Shown here: one piece after another, positions 9,932 through 19,676 of the stretch
How the letters are laid out: every line of letters begins with the position of its first letter
Position numbering within the stretch: the stretch's first letter is position 1
Virus record (IMG/VR): IMGVR_UViG_3300009507_000020
Coordinates: 1-59,620 of that record
Direction: 5' to 3' (one strand)
From: a virus
Lineage: Duplodnaviria; Caudoviricetes
DNA length: 59,620 nt
Translations under genes and position numbers: made by a program
The notes under the pieces: model-generated
The model's input: the letters and a program-made list of their open reading frames with translations, nothing else
Database searches by the model: none
What the model was told of the DNA's origin: nothing

Positions 9932-10863
9932 AGATTGTGATCACCGGCATCGCCGGTTTCATCGGAATGCATACTGCACTTAGGTTGAATGAACTAGGTC
10001 ATGAAGTAATGGGTTTCGATAACCTTAATAACTACTACGAACCTCTTCTGAAAAAAGAGCGTGTGGCATGTCTACAGGAAGAAGGTATTGAGTTCAGTTT
10101 TCTGGATCTTCGCGATCGACTTCGATTGATGGATTATATCAGTACTACCAAACCTGACATGGTGATACACCTTGCTGCGATGGCAGGTGTACGTTACTCT
10201 ATGGATCATGCAGATCAATACATCGATGTCAACTGTCTTGGAACCCTAAACCTTATCACTGCATGTGAGGCAAATGACATACAGAACGTCATCTATGCGT
10301 CTACGTCTTGTGTTATGCACGGTAACGAACTGCCTTGGGGAGAACCTGAATATCTATATCCTCAGATCAACCCCTATGGTTATACCAAGGCAATCACCGA
10401 GTCACAGTTCCACATCTCTAAGATACCCAATGCGGTTGGTCTACGATTCTTCACGGTATATGGCCCTTGGGGTCGTCCTGATATGGCACTGTTTGACTTC
10501 ACTAAGAACATTCTTGCAGGTAAACCCATTACTCTATTCAACAACGGTGATATGCAACGAGACTTCACATATGTTGATGATATCGTACAGGGTATAGGAT
10601 GTGTGGTCGACAATATGACACCCCGCGACATGTATTCTATCGGTCGTGGAGAGGTGGTAGAGTTGCAACGGTTTGTGGATGCAATTCAAGATACTTTGGG
10701 TAAGAAGGCAATCATTGAATATGGCCCTAAACACCCCGCAGATGCCAAGACGACTGCGTCAGACACAACTAAATTACAGAGTATTGGGTATAAACCTGAG
10801 ACCTCGATCGAAGAAGGAGTAACTAACTTTGTCCAATGGTACCGGAGACATTACGGTGAGTAA
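9928..10863 (+). CDS. NAD-dependent epimerase, UDP-glucuronate 4-epimerase-like
   Basis: GIAGFIG, HLAAMAGVRYS, YGYTK, LRFFTVYGPWGRPDMA, RDFTYVDDI. Confidence 0.93.
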   Translation: MKIVITGIAGFIGMHTALRLNELGHEVMGFDNLNNYYEPLLKKERVACLQEEGIEFSFLDLRDRLRLMDYISTTKPDMVIHLAAMAGVRYSMDHADQYIDVNCLGTLNLITACEANDIQNVIYASTSCVMHGNELPWGEPEYLYPQINPYGYTKAITESQFHISKIPNAVGLRFFTVYGPWGRPDMALFDFTKNILAGKPITLFNNGDMQRDFTYVDDIVQGIGCVVDNMTPRDMYSIGRGEVVELQRFVDAIQDTLGKKAIIEYGPKHPADAKTTASDTTKLQSIGYKPETSIEEGVTNFVQWYRRHYGE

Positions 10864-11704
10864 AAATCTAATCTATCAATACTGGGACGGGAACGTCCGA
10901 CCATCTGCACAATACGGTTCGGACTGCATGAAGGCATATGCAGAGAGGATTGGTGCAGATTACATATTCGATCTAAACGCGAACTTTGGCAAGAAGTTTG
11001 GACTAGGTAGAGTGACACCATACTACGGGTGTTTCAAACCAGTCTTCGATGATGCGTTTCTTGAGTATGATAATGTAATGTTTGCGGATACAGATATCTT
11101 CCCTTTGGATAACTGTAATGAAAACATTTTCGAAACGTTTACTGGTGAACTCGCGATGGCGACAGAACCACTCCAGACCAAATATCGATGGGATCCCAAA
11201 CTAAAGAAACAGTGCAACAAGGTTACTGAGTTGACATGGTCACGTCTTGTTACCGAGAAGTATGGTTGTCAGGTGCCTATGGATATGGATGGTCGACCCA
11301 AGGTATACAACTCTGGTGTCGTGTTATACTCCAACGCAGGGTTGCGTAAGTGTCGTGAACAGTTTGAACCCTTCCTACCGTACGTTGAGATGGTTGAGGG
11401 AGATCCTTCCTGTCGTGGTAAGGTGTATGGTACAGACCAAGGATATCTACACGCAATGGCGTGTTCTATGGACATCGACTTTGTAGAACTGGATAACGAA
11501 TGGAACAGATATATAACATGGTGTCCATATGACAATGGTAATTCGTTTGTACGTACCGCAGTTGATCCTCGAACAAGAGATACTAAGATGGTACATATAC
11601 AGATGCGTGGTGCAGACAATCAGTCAAATGCATGGCATCACACGATTGCAAACAAACCCAAGTCTGACTGGCCTACAATGAATAATGGAACATCGATAGT
11701 ATGA
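10856..11704 (+). CDS. GT8-like glycosyltransferase
   Basis: DTDIF, YNSGVVLY, DQGYLH, EWN, VHIQ; GTG start at 10856. Confidence 0.75.
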   Translation: MSKNLIYQYWDGNVRPSAQYGSDCMKAYAERIGADYIFDLNANFGKKFGLGRVTPYYGCFKPVFDDAFLEYDNVMFADTDIFPLDNCNENIFETFTGELAMATEPLQTKYRWDPKLKKQCNKVTELTWSRLVTEKYGCQVPMDMDGRPKVYNSGVVLYSNAGLRKCREQFEPFLPYVEMVEGDPSCRGKVYGTDQGYLHAMACSMDIDFVELDNEWNRYITWCPYDNGNSFVRTAVDPRTRDTKMVHIQMRGADNQSNAWHHTIANKPKSDWPTMNNGTSIV

Positions 11705-12219
11705 TTAAAATATATTGTACGGGTCTCTCTCGGACAGGTACTACTACGTTCTCTGACTTTCTGAAACGTTATGGAAAGAACGTTATACATTACCCAACAT
11801 ACGATCAACTAATGTTGGGCGTTGGTGACGGTGCTTCAGATATTCCAGTGATACCACTCTATAAGTATCTACACAAGTTGAGACCCGAATCTAAGTTTGT
11901 GCATTTAACTAGAGAGAACTGGATTGATGCTGTAGAACCTTATTTTCTACGTAAGAGAGATAGGAAGTATGCGAGTCCTGTTCTTGAGTTGCGTACAGAT
12001 GTTTATGGTGCACCACAGTGGGATCGTAACAAGTACCATGATGCGTACAAACGACACAATGATGATGTTCGAGAACACTTCAAAGACTCTAAGAACTTTC
12101 TAGAGATGAGTATTACCAGTGGCGACACCCCCGACAAGTTGGTAGATTTCTTAGGACTTCCTCAGAAAGGTTATCAATTCGGTAAGTCAAATGCGAGAGA
12201 AAACACATGGCAAAAGTAA
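11701..12219 (+). CDS. sulfotransferase-family protein
   Basis: GLSRTGTTT PAPS-binding loop, KFVHLTR, L..FLG. Confidence 0.8.
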   Translation: MIKIYCTGLSRTGTTTFSDFLKRYGKNVIHYPTYDQLMLGVGDGASDIPVIPLYKYLHKLRPESKFVHLTRENWIDAVEPYFLRKRDRKYASPVLELRTDVYGAPQWDRNKYHDAYKRHNDDVREHFKDSKNFLEMSITSGDTPDKLVDFLGLPQKGYQFGKSNARENTWQK

Positions 12220-12914
12220 AATCATTCGTCATCGTTCTGACTGACAATAAAGAGTCGACAGATGCGGCATCCAAATTAATAATGTCTAGTCGTTTGGTAA
12301 AGAATGAGTTTAATATCGAAACGTTTGATGCGATCACTCCAGAACGTGTTGACAACGAAATGATTCTAGAAGACATAACATGGAACTACCCGTGGGATGA
12401 ATCAAAATTGTGTCTGAGGTCTGGTCTATACAAACACCCCTATAAGACCGAAGAACCCAAGAAACGTATTGCATGTTTCTTGTCTCATTACAAACTTTGG
12501 AAACTTTGTGTAGACACCGACACACCTATTATCATTCTCGAAGATGATGCAATCTTCACGGAGAAGGTAAATCTAAAGTTGTTGGATGAGTCAAGATTCC
12601 AGTGTATATCCCTTAATGATCCCCGAGGTGCAACTCGACGCAGTTCAATGTATCATTCAATCCTACAGAATCAACAAGGTTATGTCCTACCCGTACCTTC
12701 TATTGATCAAGACACGGTACCGCAGGGATTGCCCGGCCACTCTGCGTACTACATCGAACCCTCTCTTGCACGTAGAATGTTGGAGTTAGTTCGAGAGTTT
12801 GGCGCATGGCCAAATGATGCGATCATGTGTCGTCAACTTCTTCCGAGTCGTCTTGGATGTATTCGGGACTACTGTACACGGGTTCAGGGAACCGTTTCAA
12901 CTACGACAACATGA
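12207..12914 (+). CDS. GT25-family glycosyltransferase
   Basis: FDAITP, ACFLSHYKLW, IILEDDA, AYYIEP. Confidence 0.85.
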   Translation: MAKVKSFVIVLTDNKESTDAASKLIMSSRLVKNEFNIETFDAITPERVDNEMILEDITWNYPWDESKLCLRSGLYKHPYKTEEPKKRIACFLSHYKLWKLCVDTDTPIIILEDDAIFTEKVNLKLLDESRFQCISLNDPRGATRRSSMYHSILQNQQGYVLPVPSIDQDTVPQGLPGHSAYYIEPSLARRMLELVREFGAWPNDAIMCRQLLPSRLGCIRDYCTRVQGTVSTTTT

Positions 12915-13660
12915 AGACTGCGATCATCATCGGTGGACAACTACGGTTGGATGACGATGTACTTACACTCTCGATTGATCTACTCAAGGATGCGTTTCCT
13001 ACCGCAGATCTTTACCTTGCCATATGGAAAGAAGACTGGGGTACCAGAAGAGAGTTGATCGAAAGTTGGGGCACCACGGTAGAGGTGATCGAAGAGTATG
13101 ACATCAATTACCATCCATATGATGACAACCCCGCGATGCGTAATACTTGGAACTGGCAGAAGAAACTAAAGTTCGATAACACCGAACGTCATATTCATCA
13201 GACCAAACAGATCCTCAATCACAACCTCATGATGAAAAAATATGGGAAAAACTACGACGTGATAGTACGCGCCAGATACGATTCCATTATTTCTCCTACA
13301 GAATCATTTGAATATTATGCAAAGTTGTGTTATAATAAACGCAGTGTTATGTCTTTCATGAACTTCGGTACCACTAAAGGTAAACGAAAGATGTTTAACA
13401 ACTATAGAGACCATGATAATAGTCGTCATACCTATATGGTTTATGACGGTGGTATCATTATACACCATGCAGACGTATGGGATTCACCGTTAGTGGAGAG
13501 ACTACATAATGATAAGGAGTTACTTGCAGCAGAGTTCGGATGGTATCAAGTTCTGTTAGAAAACAAGAAGGTTAAGTATCGGTGTTATGATGGTTCCTCT
13601 ACTATTACACGATGTGTAAGCAATCGTGATTTGAGAATTATTAAAGAGATGATGTTATGA
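12911..13660 (+). CDS. putative glycan-modifying protein
   Basis: AIIIGGQLR...YDVIVRARYD motif pair seen in viral and bacterial glycan loci; start placed at ATG 12911. Confidence 0.55.
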   Translation: MKTAIIIGGQLRLDDDVLTLSIDLLKDAFPTADLYLAIWKEDWGTRRELIESWGTTVEVIEEYDINYHPYDDNPAMRNTWNWQKKLKFDNTERHIHQTKQILNHNLMMKKYGKNYDVIVRARYDSIISPTESFEYYAKLCYNKRSVMSFMNFGTTKGKRKMFNNYRDHDNSRHTYMVYDGGIIIHHADVWDSPLVERLHNDKELLAAEFGWYQVLLENKKVKYRCYDGSSTITRCVSNRDLRIIKEMML

Positions 13661-14310
13661 AGTCGTATGTGATTACAGTCATGAATATACCGGAGTCGGT
13701 AGAAGCTGCGAAACGATGTATTGCGTCTATGCCAGAATACAATGTTGAAATGTACGCAGGTGTTACTCCCGAAGATGATCCTATGCAGATCGCAAAGAAA
13801 GAAAATATGTCTCTGGGGTGGTTCTCACACATGGACAAGGAAGAGTTTATCTCTAGACGTGACCGATGTGTCTCTGCGTTTCTGTCTCACTACTCTCTCT
13901 GGAAACACTGTATTGCCAAAAACGAAGAGATTCAGATATTCGAACATGACGCAGTTCGTGTCGGTAACTTACCCGAGTTCATCAATTACCAAGGTTGCAT
14001 CTCTTTGGGTCAACCTAGTTATGGGAAGTACAAAACTCCTACGACACTAGGTACAAACCCGTTGACAAGTAAGAAGTACTTTCCAGGCGCACATGCATAT
14101 CGTATCAACCCCAAGGGTGCAAAGGCACTCGTTGACCACGCAAAGACTCACGCATCACCTACTGACGTGTTCTTGACAACCGCATGGTTCCCTTGGTTGG
14201 AAGAATACTATCCATGGCCTGTCGCTGCCCAAGACAGTTTCAGTACCATCCAAAATGAGGGTGGATGTTCTGCGAAACATGGTTACAATAAGGACTATAA
14301 ATTATTATGA
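13657..14310 (+). CDS. GT25-family glycosyltransferase
   Basis: FLSHYSLW, IFEHDA, GAHAYRINPKGA. Confidence 0.82.
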   Translation: MKSYVITVMNIPESVEAAKRCIASMPEYNVEMYAGVTPEDDPMQIAKKENMSLGWFSHMDKEEFISRRDRCVSAFLSHYSLWKHCIAKNEEIQIFEHDAVRVGNLPEFINYQGCISLGQPSYGKYKTPTTLGTNPLTSKKYFPGAHAYRINPKGAKALVDHAKTHASPTDVFLTTAWFPWLEEYYPWPVAAQDSFSTIQNEGGCSAKHGYNKDYKLL

Positions 14311-14978
14311 TTACAGTATGTTGTGTGTTGTGGGGAGACAAGTTCTCCGAAGAGTATGTACATAAACTTAAACGTGCGGTAGAGAGGAACACCACTCGAC
14401 CACATAAGTTTGTGTGTTTGTCTGACCGTAAAATTGATGGAGTTGAGACTAATATCCTAGATCCCGGCATGACAGGGTGGTGGAACAAGATTCAACTATT
14501 TGATGGTAAGATCGGTGGTCGTATTGTCTACCTAGATCTTGACACAATCATCACGTCATCGATAGACTGGTTGATGGACTATAATGGTACCTTTATGGGT
14601 ATTGAAGATCTTGGTGTGGCAAACGCACATCAACAACACCTCAAGGGTGTTATGCAGTCTGGTGTAATGGCATGGAGATCTGGTGCGATGGATTGGTTAC
14701 GTGCAGAGTTCTTCTTTACCGGTGATGATGTTCTCAAAAGATTTCGGGGCGATGGGGAATGGTTAAACTCCGTTATAAAGAAACGTGACCTACTTCAACA
14801 CTTGTATCCTAACAAAGTAAAGTCATATAAGTACGAGGTATACCCTGACAAATTAGATGACACATCGATCATTTGTTTCCACGGTAGACCTAGTGTGATA
14901 CAGGCACAGAACGAATCGGTTACGACACCGATGCAAACATATGAACCGCAAAGTTGGATTGAGGAATATTGGAAATGA
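14307..14978 (+). CDS. GT-A fold glycosyltransferase
   Basis: CVLWGDKF..EYV, GWWNKIQLF, YLDLD, CFHGRP. Confidence 0.78.
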   Translation: MITVCCVLWGDKFSEEYVHKLKRAVERNTTRPHKFVCLSDRKIDGVETNILDPGMTGWWNKIQLFDGKIGGRIVYLDLDTIITSSIDWLMDYNGTFMGIEDLGVANAHQQHLKGVMQSGVMAWRSGAMDWLRAEFFFTGDDVLKRFRGDGEWLNSVIKKRDLLQHLYPNKVKSYKYEVYPDKLDDTSIICFHGRPSVIQAQNESVTTPMQTYEPQSWIEEYWK

Positions 14979-15634
14979 AAGTTTGTCATGTAATAGGTAA
15001 CGGTGATAAAGCACAATACTTCAAGGAAAAACCTCGACATGGAATGAAGATTCTGTGTAACATGCCCCCCTTTGAAATGGATCCTTCAGAGGTCTATGCA
15101 ACTTGTATGGTTGACTTTAAGATGATGCAGGCACTCACCAAGGGTGAACTTGCACTAGACCAATATGAATGGGTATTGGGTACTAGACCTAGAATCTGGA
15201 TGTACGAGAGAAGTACGTTCTACCTCAAGTATGCACATCGTGTAAAAGAGTTCTACACTGAAGTACCGAAGTATGCAGGTAATGCAACCAACTTCAACTG
15301 TGGACACATGGCAGTCCACTACGCAGCGAAACGTCACAAAGCAGATCAGATCCACATGTACGGATTCGATACAATATTAGACTTTAACATGCGTAGTTAT
15401 ACCGATCTAATATTACAAAGTGATCGCAGTGACAACAACAACTACCGTTTGTTGGGTAATTGGAGACCCGTGTGGATGAATCTGTTTAAAGAGTTCCCCA
15501 ACACTGAGTTTGTTCTGCACCACAATCACGATCACTTGAAGATACCTAAACCTGACAATGTTCGTGTAGAGGTATACAAGGGTAAGATGAGTAAACTACA
15601 GGAACGAGCTGATCCTTCGGACATGTCAAAATGA
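14975..15634 (+). CDS. sialyltransferase-like / DUF115-like protein
   Basis: VIGNG, CN, NCGHMAV, IHMYGFD motif order. Confidence 0.5.
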   Translation: MKVCHVIGNGDKAQYFKEKPRHGMKILCNMPPFEMDPSEVYATCMVDFKMMQALTKGELALDQYEWVLGTRPRIWMYERSTFYLKYAHRVKEFYTEVPKYAGNATNFNCGHMAVHYAAKRHKADQIHMYGFDTILDFNMRSYTDLILQSDRSDNNNYRLLGNWRPVWMNLFKEFPNTEFVLHHNHDHLKIPKPDNVRVEVYKGKMSKLQERADPSDMSK

Positions 15635-16314
15635 TCTTTAACACAGAAGGTTATGCTTTTCCTGATTACCAAAAGACGACCGCGAGATTGTGGAAGAACC
15701 TCTACTTCCCCGGCCCAGCAGAACGTAACCAGTGGGAGACGATACTTAAACTCACTAATAAACGTGGACTTGTTCTGGACTTTGGTGGTCACGTTGGTGG
15801 TTCTGCTCTCAAGTTCGCAAGTCAATTCAAAAGGGTTGTCTCGTTTGAACCAGTCCCCGCATTGTTTGAGTGTCTAGAAGAGAACACAAAGGACAATGAT
15901 CAAATAGAGATTCACAATGTAGGTATTAGTGACATTGAAGGCACTGCGACCATTTGGGTTAATAAGGTGAATCCTGGCAGTAACGTAATCGAGAACCACC
16001 AGACCAAGACACTGATCGAATCTAGATGGAAAAATCCTAGTAGAAAAGAACAGTTTGATGAGACTCAACAAATCATTATCAATACGAAAACTATTGATTC
16101 GTATGAGTTTGAGGACGTTTCCTTCATCAAGATGGATACAGAAGGGTACATCATGCAACCTCTGTATGGTATGACTGATACGTTAAAACGTTGTAAACCC
16201 CTACTACAGATCGAACGATCTTCGCAAGGCGATAGAAATGAACAGACAAAATATCTACAGGGTCTGGGGTATAGACACAAGACTACCATAGACCAAGACG
16301 ATTTCTTCTTATAA
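15631..16314 (+). CDS. FkbM-family methyltransferase
   Basis: LDFGGHVG, SFEP, FIKMDTEG, P.LQIE. Confidence 0.88.
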   Translation: MIFNTEGYAFPDYQKTTARLWKNLYFPGPAERNQWETILKLTNKRGLVLDFGGHVGGSALKFASQFKRVVSFEPVPALFECLEENTKDNDQIEIHNVGISDIEGTATIWVNKVNPGSNVIENHQTKTLIESRWKNPSRKEQFDETQQIIINTKTIDSYEFEDVSFIKMDTEGYIMQPLYGMTDTLKRCKPLLQIERSSQGDRNEQTKYLQGLGYRHKTTIDQDDFFL

Positions 16315-16356
16315 TTTTTAGTTATATGTTTATGCAAAATCAGTCTAAAAACACCC

Positions 16357-16385
16357 TTGACAATGTCTCCCTAACCCTGTATAAT
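16357..16385 (+). promoter_or_regulatory. sigma70 consensus early promoter
   Basis: TTGACA (16357) - 17 nt - TATAAT (16380). Confidence 0.85.
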
Positions 16386-16396
16386 GGCCACTTACT

Positions 16397-17131
16397 ATGA
16401 AAAGAGAACCAAGAATGTTTGAACACGTTGATGTAGATCTGGGGTACAAAGACCTCGACACTACTATGAGTGAGGACGGTAGACGTTACGTCCTACCACA
16501 GGGTGGTAACTACCCATCGATTACTACTGTGTTGTCTATACTCTCTGAGAAGGGTATCGCAATGTGGCGTAAACGTGTGGGTGATGAGGAGGCAGATAAG
16601 ATCTCCTTCCGTGCATCTCAACGTGGTACTGTCGTCCACGAGTTGATCGAGAAATACATCGACAACGATCCTAAATACACCAAGGGTTACATGCCCAATA
16701 TCCATGCAGACTTTCTCAAAGTTAAGGATATACTAGATACTCGTATCGGTAAAGTCTACTTACAAGAAGCACCTCTGTACTCTGATCATCTCAAAGTCGC
16801 AGGTCGTGTGGATTGTGTTGCAGAGTTCGATGGCAAACTTTCTATCATCGACTTCAAGACTTCACGTAAGACTAAACAGAAGGCGCACATCAAACAGTAT
16901 TTTCAACAAGAGACTGCATATGCAATCATGTGGGAAGAACGTACTGGTATGCCGATTACTCAGTTAGTTACCATCATTGCCGTTGATGAAGGAGACGCAC
17001 AAGTCTTTGTCGAACACCGTGATGATTGGTATCCTAAACTCCAAGAGACAATAGATAGTTACTATGAACGAGAAGATAAAAGAAGTGCACGACGAAGTAG
17101 AGAAGATGCCGTTCTCCCTCTCACTCTTTAA
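16397..17131 (+). CDS. PD-(D/E)XK exonuclease (RecB/Cas4-like phage family)
   Basis: YPSITTVL, RGT..H, AGRVDC...IIDFKTS, Q..AYA. Confidence 0.88.
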   Translation: MKREPRMFEHVDVDLGYKDLDTTMSEDGRRYVLPQGGNYPSITTVLSILSEKGIAMWRKRVGDEEADKISFRASQRGTVVHELIEKYIDNDPKYTKGYMPNIHADFLKVKDILDTRIGKVYLQEAPLYSDHLKVAGRVDCVAEFDGKLSIIDFKTSRKTKQKAHIKQYFQQETAYAIMWEERTGMPITQLVTIIAVDEGDAQVFVEHRDDWYPKLQETIDSYYEREDKRSARRSREDAVLPLTL

Positions 17132-17576
17132 AGGTGAGTTGACCGACACACAATCTATTGCATACATGGTGAACCAATGGTTTATTTTCCAAGCGATGGA
17201 ACACAACATCTTCCGAAAGTTACCTCACCCGTCTCTGCCACGATGTGATAAAATCTCGGACTGTGTTATTGCTCTTGGTGGGAAAATCGATGGAGACTTG
17301 ATGTGTCGTGCGACCGCAAGATATATCAACTACATTGTGGGAGTGGAGGATGATAAGGACAAGTGGTACTCACATGTCTATCTAAACTACATGGCAATGT
17401 TGATGGGTGGTCAAATCATATCTGAGAGGAACCCTGATATGGAGTTGATGTGGAACTTCTCAGATACTACCAATGCAATAAAATCTATACGTAAACTAAA
17501 GATCGACTGGGATCAGGTTTACAACGGGTTTCTATATCATAGAGATATGTTGAAGGAACTGGAGGAGGTAGAATGA
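17064..17576 (+). CDS. hemO: heme oxygenase (phage HemO/Ho1-like)
   Basis: Proximal His in VHDEVEK.PF; HVYLNYMAMLMGGQII distal-helix motif; next to a bilin reductase. Confidence 0.8.
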   Translation: MNEKIKEVHDEVEKMPFSLSLFKGELTDTQSIAYMVNQWFIFQAMEHNIFRKLPHPSLPRCDKISDCVIALGGKIDGDLMCRATARYINYIVGVEDDKDKWYSHVYLNYMAMLMGGQIISERNPDMELMWNFSDTTNAIKSIRKLKIDWDQVYNGFLYHRDMLKELEEVE

Positions 17577-17677
17577 TTGAACACTTTGGTCTTTTAGTAG
17601 GCATCCTTTCTGTCATGATGTGCCCAATGATCTTTGGTGCCATCACTTTTTATGTTAGTTTAAAAAACTCGGGGTAG
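17573..17677 (+). CDS. 34-aa hydrophobic peptide
   Basis: ATGA overlap with the heme oxygenase stop, GGAGG SD, MIEHFGLLVGILSVMMCPMIFGAITFYVSLKNSG*. Confidence 0.55.
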   Translation: MIEHFGLLVGILSVMMCPMIFGAITFYVSLKNSG

Positions 17678-17678
17678 G

Positions 17679-18335
17679 ATGATGTGGAATAATTTTATAA
17701 GTCTCAAGGATGAATTGATTCGCAATTTCATTTACTATTGTGACAGTCCGAACACAGACCATCGAGAAGAGTATGGTCACTACAACTGGTTTTTCTCTAG
17801 TCGTGTACTAGATATGGGTCACGTCAGTGTTGTAGATAAGAGAGATTCTCATGGGATGTGGATGATGCACGTCAATGCATACTCCAAGTCACAGACTCCG
17901 ATGCCTATCTACGGGTTCGATGTGGTTTGTTCTAAGAAGAAAGTCACAGGATGTTTCCATGATCTGTCTCCTACGGGATTTAATGACATGAAAATGGAAC
18001 GTAAAGAAGTGGCGAGGACAAGACCACTTCCGGACTGGGCAAAAGAGATCTTTTCTGAGAATATGATTGCTGCAGGTAACATCAAAGATACCAATGAGTG
18101 TCTGGAGTTGTGTGCCCTTGGTTCAGAGAACCTCGAACGTTGGTTTGATAAGGCAACTCAGATCCCTTCCCACGCGGTCATGGACGACGCAGAGATGTAC
18201 GAGTTCTGTAATGCACGAGAGAAGTACTGTTTCAACCAGTTGCAAAACCCCCACAGTTTCAATGTCATGTTGAACCTAGGTTTCCCCGAAGACTACCTAA
18301 AAGACTTCAAAACAAACAAACAGTTCCCCTATTAA
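17679..18335 (+). CDS. pcyX: ferredoxin-dependent bilin reductase, PcyX-like
   Basis: WMMHV, PIYGFDVV, GCFHDLSP, RPLPDWAKEIFS, YC..QLQNPH. Confidence 0.82.
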   Translation: MMWNNFISLKDELIRNFIYYCDSPNTDHREEYGHYNWFFSSRVLDMGHVSVVDKRDSHGMWMMHVNAYSKSQTPMPIYGFDVVCSKKKVTGCFHDLSPTGFNDMKMERKEVARTRPLPDWAKEIFSENMIAAGNIKDTNECLELCALGSENLERWFDKATQIPSHAVMDDAEMYEFCNAREKYCFNQLQNPHSFNVMLNLGFPEDYLKDFKTNKQFPY

Positions 18336-18505
18336 TGGTTAAAGTAACTTACAAACATTGGAAGACTGACATGGTTTTAGAGATAGAAGGGACTATGCCA
18401 GATCACCTCAACAAAAACACTTCCGACAGAATTGTCGTCCTAACCGAGGATGGTATATACGAAGATGTTATAAGAAGTACCATCATTGAGATCAAAACAG
18501 TCTAA
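18335..18505 (+). CDS. small hypothetical protein (56 aa), not in ORF track
   Basis: TAATG coupling; MVKVTYKHWKT...SDRIVV...YEDVIRSTI. Confidence 0.6.
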   Translation: MVKVTYKHWKTDMVLEIEGTMPDHLNKNTSDRIVVLTEDGIYEDVIRSTIIEIKTV

Positions 18506-18590
18506 AAATATCTAAAAATACCTAAAAAAAGTGTTGCTTTTGTTCTCAAAACATGAGATAATTACTATGTAATTTGATGATGAGAGAGAG
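18500..18590 (+). promoter_or_regulatory. repeated early promoter module, copy 1
   Basis: Phased A-tracts, TTGCTT (18534) - 17 nt - GATAAT (18557), GATGAGAGA leader; 36 bp identical to copy 2. Confidence 0.75.
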
Positions 18591-18595
18591 AATAT

Positions 18596-18904
18596 ATGAC
18601 TGCTACTGCAACTTCCAAACCAATAATCTGCGCTTCTGACAGCGAACTAATGTCCACCTTACCGTATGATATCAGTTACTACACCAATTCGTTTATCGAA
18701 TATGTTCTGTCGTTCTACGGTCACGGTGGTATCTATGACTACGGATACATGTACGACGAGGTAAAACTCGCGACCGAAATCCGTATTGCACGTTCACAAA
18801 TGAAAGGTGCAACCCCCTATGAAGGTGACTCCATCGATCGCGAGTATGTTCGTGACATCGTTGCCGAGTTGCGTGAGTCTCAGTTAATTAAAGGAGAAAT
18901 CTAA
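18596..18904 (+). CDS. hypothetical protein
   Basis: ORF directly after the promoter module; GDSIDREYVRD motif. Confidence 0.7.
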   Translation: MTATATSKPIICASDSELMSTLPYDISYYTNSFIEYVLSFYGHGGIYDYGYMYDEVKLATEIRIARSQMKGATPYEGDSIDREYVRDIVAELRESQLIKGEI

Positions 18905-19242
18905 TGAATACTGTATCAGTTATCCACACCGCGTTTGAAGATTCGCCCCGAGTTGTTGCCTTTGTTGAAGTTGGTAATCGCAAGGGTGATGAAGCCCTTG
19001 AGTATGCATACCATCGTACTCAGAACCTTGGTGGTTCTTGGAGTCGTAATGACTTTGAACCTAATCCGGATTATTCCGAAGATGTGACCGTCATGGCAGA
19101 ACTACCAGTCCATGAAGGTGTAACGTACGGTCTCCGGTCTACCTCGATGGGTGACCAGATGCTTTTAGGTAATGTAAAATATAAAGTCGCGATGTGCGGT
19201 TTTGAAGTAGATCATGTTTATGGAAAGGAGAATGCAGCTTGA
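18904..19242 (+). CDS. hypothetical protein
   Basis: AAGGAG SD, TAATG coupling; LRSTSMGD motif. Confidence 0.7.
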   Translation: MNTVSVIHTAFEDSPRVVAFVEVGNRKGDEALEYAYHRTQNLGGSWSRNDFEPNPDYSEDVTVMAELPVHEGVTYGLRSTSMGDQMLLGNVKYKVAMCGFEVDHVYGKENAA

Positions 19243-19427
19243 GTTTTTTCAAACTTCCGGTCTGGTGCTGGAATGAGTATAAGATTGAGTACCGCTACTA
19301 TGGTAAGCGGGTAATAAAGTCCCACGTGTTTCTGGATGCCGAAGGCGAACGTCGACGCGTTGGTGATACGGTGACTATTGAGGTCAACCGTGAAAAAAGA
19401 ATTGGAATTGTAATGGAGGTAGTATGA
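19239..19427 (+). CDS. hypothetical protein
   Basis: AAGGAG upstream of the TTG start; coupled on both sides. Confidence 0.55.
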   Translation: MSFFKLPVWCWNEYKIEYRYYGKRVIKSHVFLDAEGERRRVGDTVTIEVNREKRIGIVMEVV

Positions 19428-19666
19428 GAACAACAGGAACCCCTTGGTATGCCCGAGGTGAAATGGGCGAGTGGTGTTTAGATCAACTCGAAGATCTGTC
19501 CAACGACGCGTCTATAGAGAACCAAGAACGTATAGTTGGTAAACTTTGTGAACGCATAGATTATGTAGATGCGGTAGAAGAAGTCTCGAATTACGTAGAA
19601 GAGGAGGAGGGGATGGCACTTATTACTCCAGACCCTTTCGCTCCTGTTCAATTGTCTTTGTTTTAG
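19424..19666 (+). CDS. acidic hypothetical protein
   Basis: GGAGG SD, ATGA overlap. Confidence 0.6.
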   Translation: MRTTGTPWYARGEMGEWCLDQLEDLSNDASIENQERIVGKLCERIDYVDAVEEVSNYVEEEEGMALITPDPFAPVQLSLF

Positions 19667-19676
19667 GAGGTGTTAG

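Noticed and set aside
16397-17131. Cas4 as part of a CRISPR system
   Set aside because: Stand-alone phage PD-(D/E)XK exonuclease without the four-Cys Fe-S motif or cas neighbours
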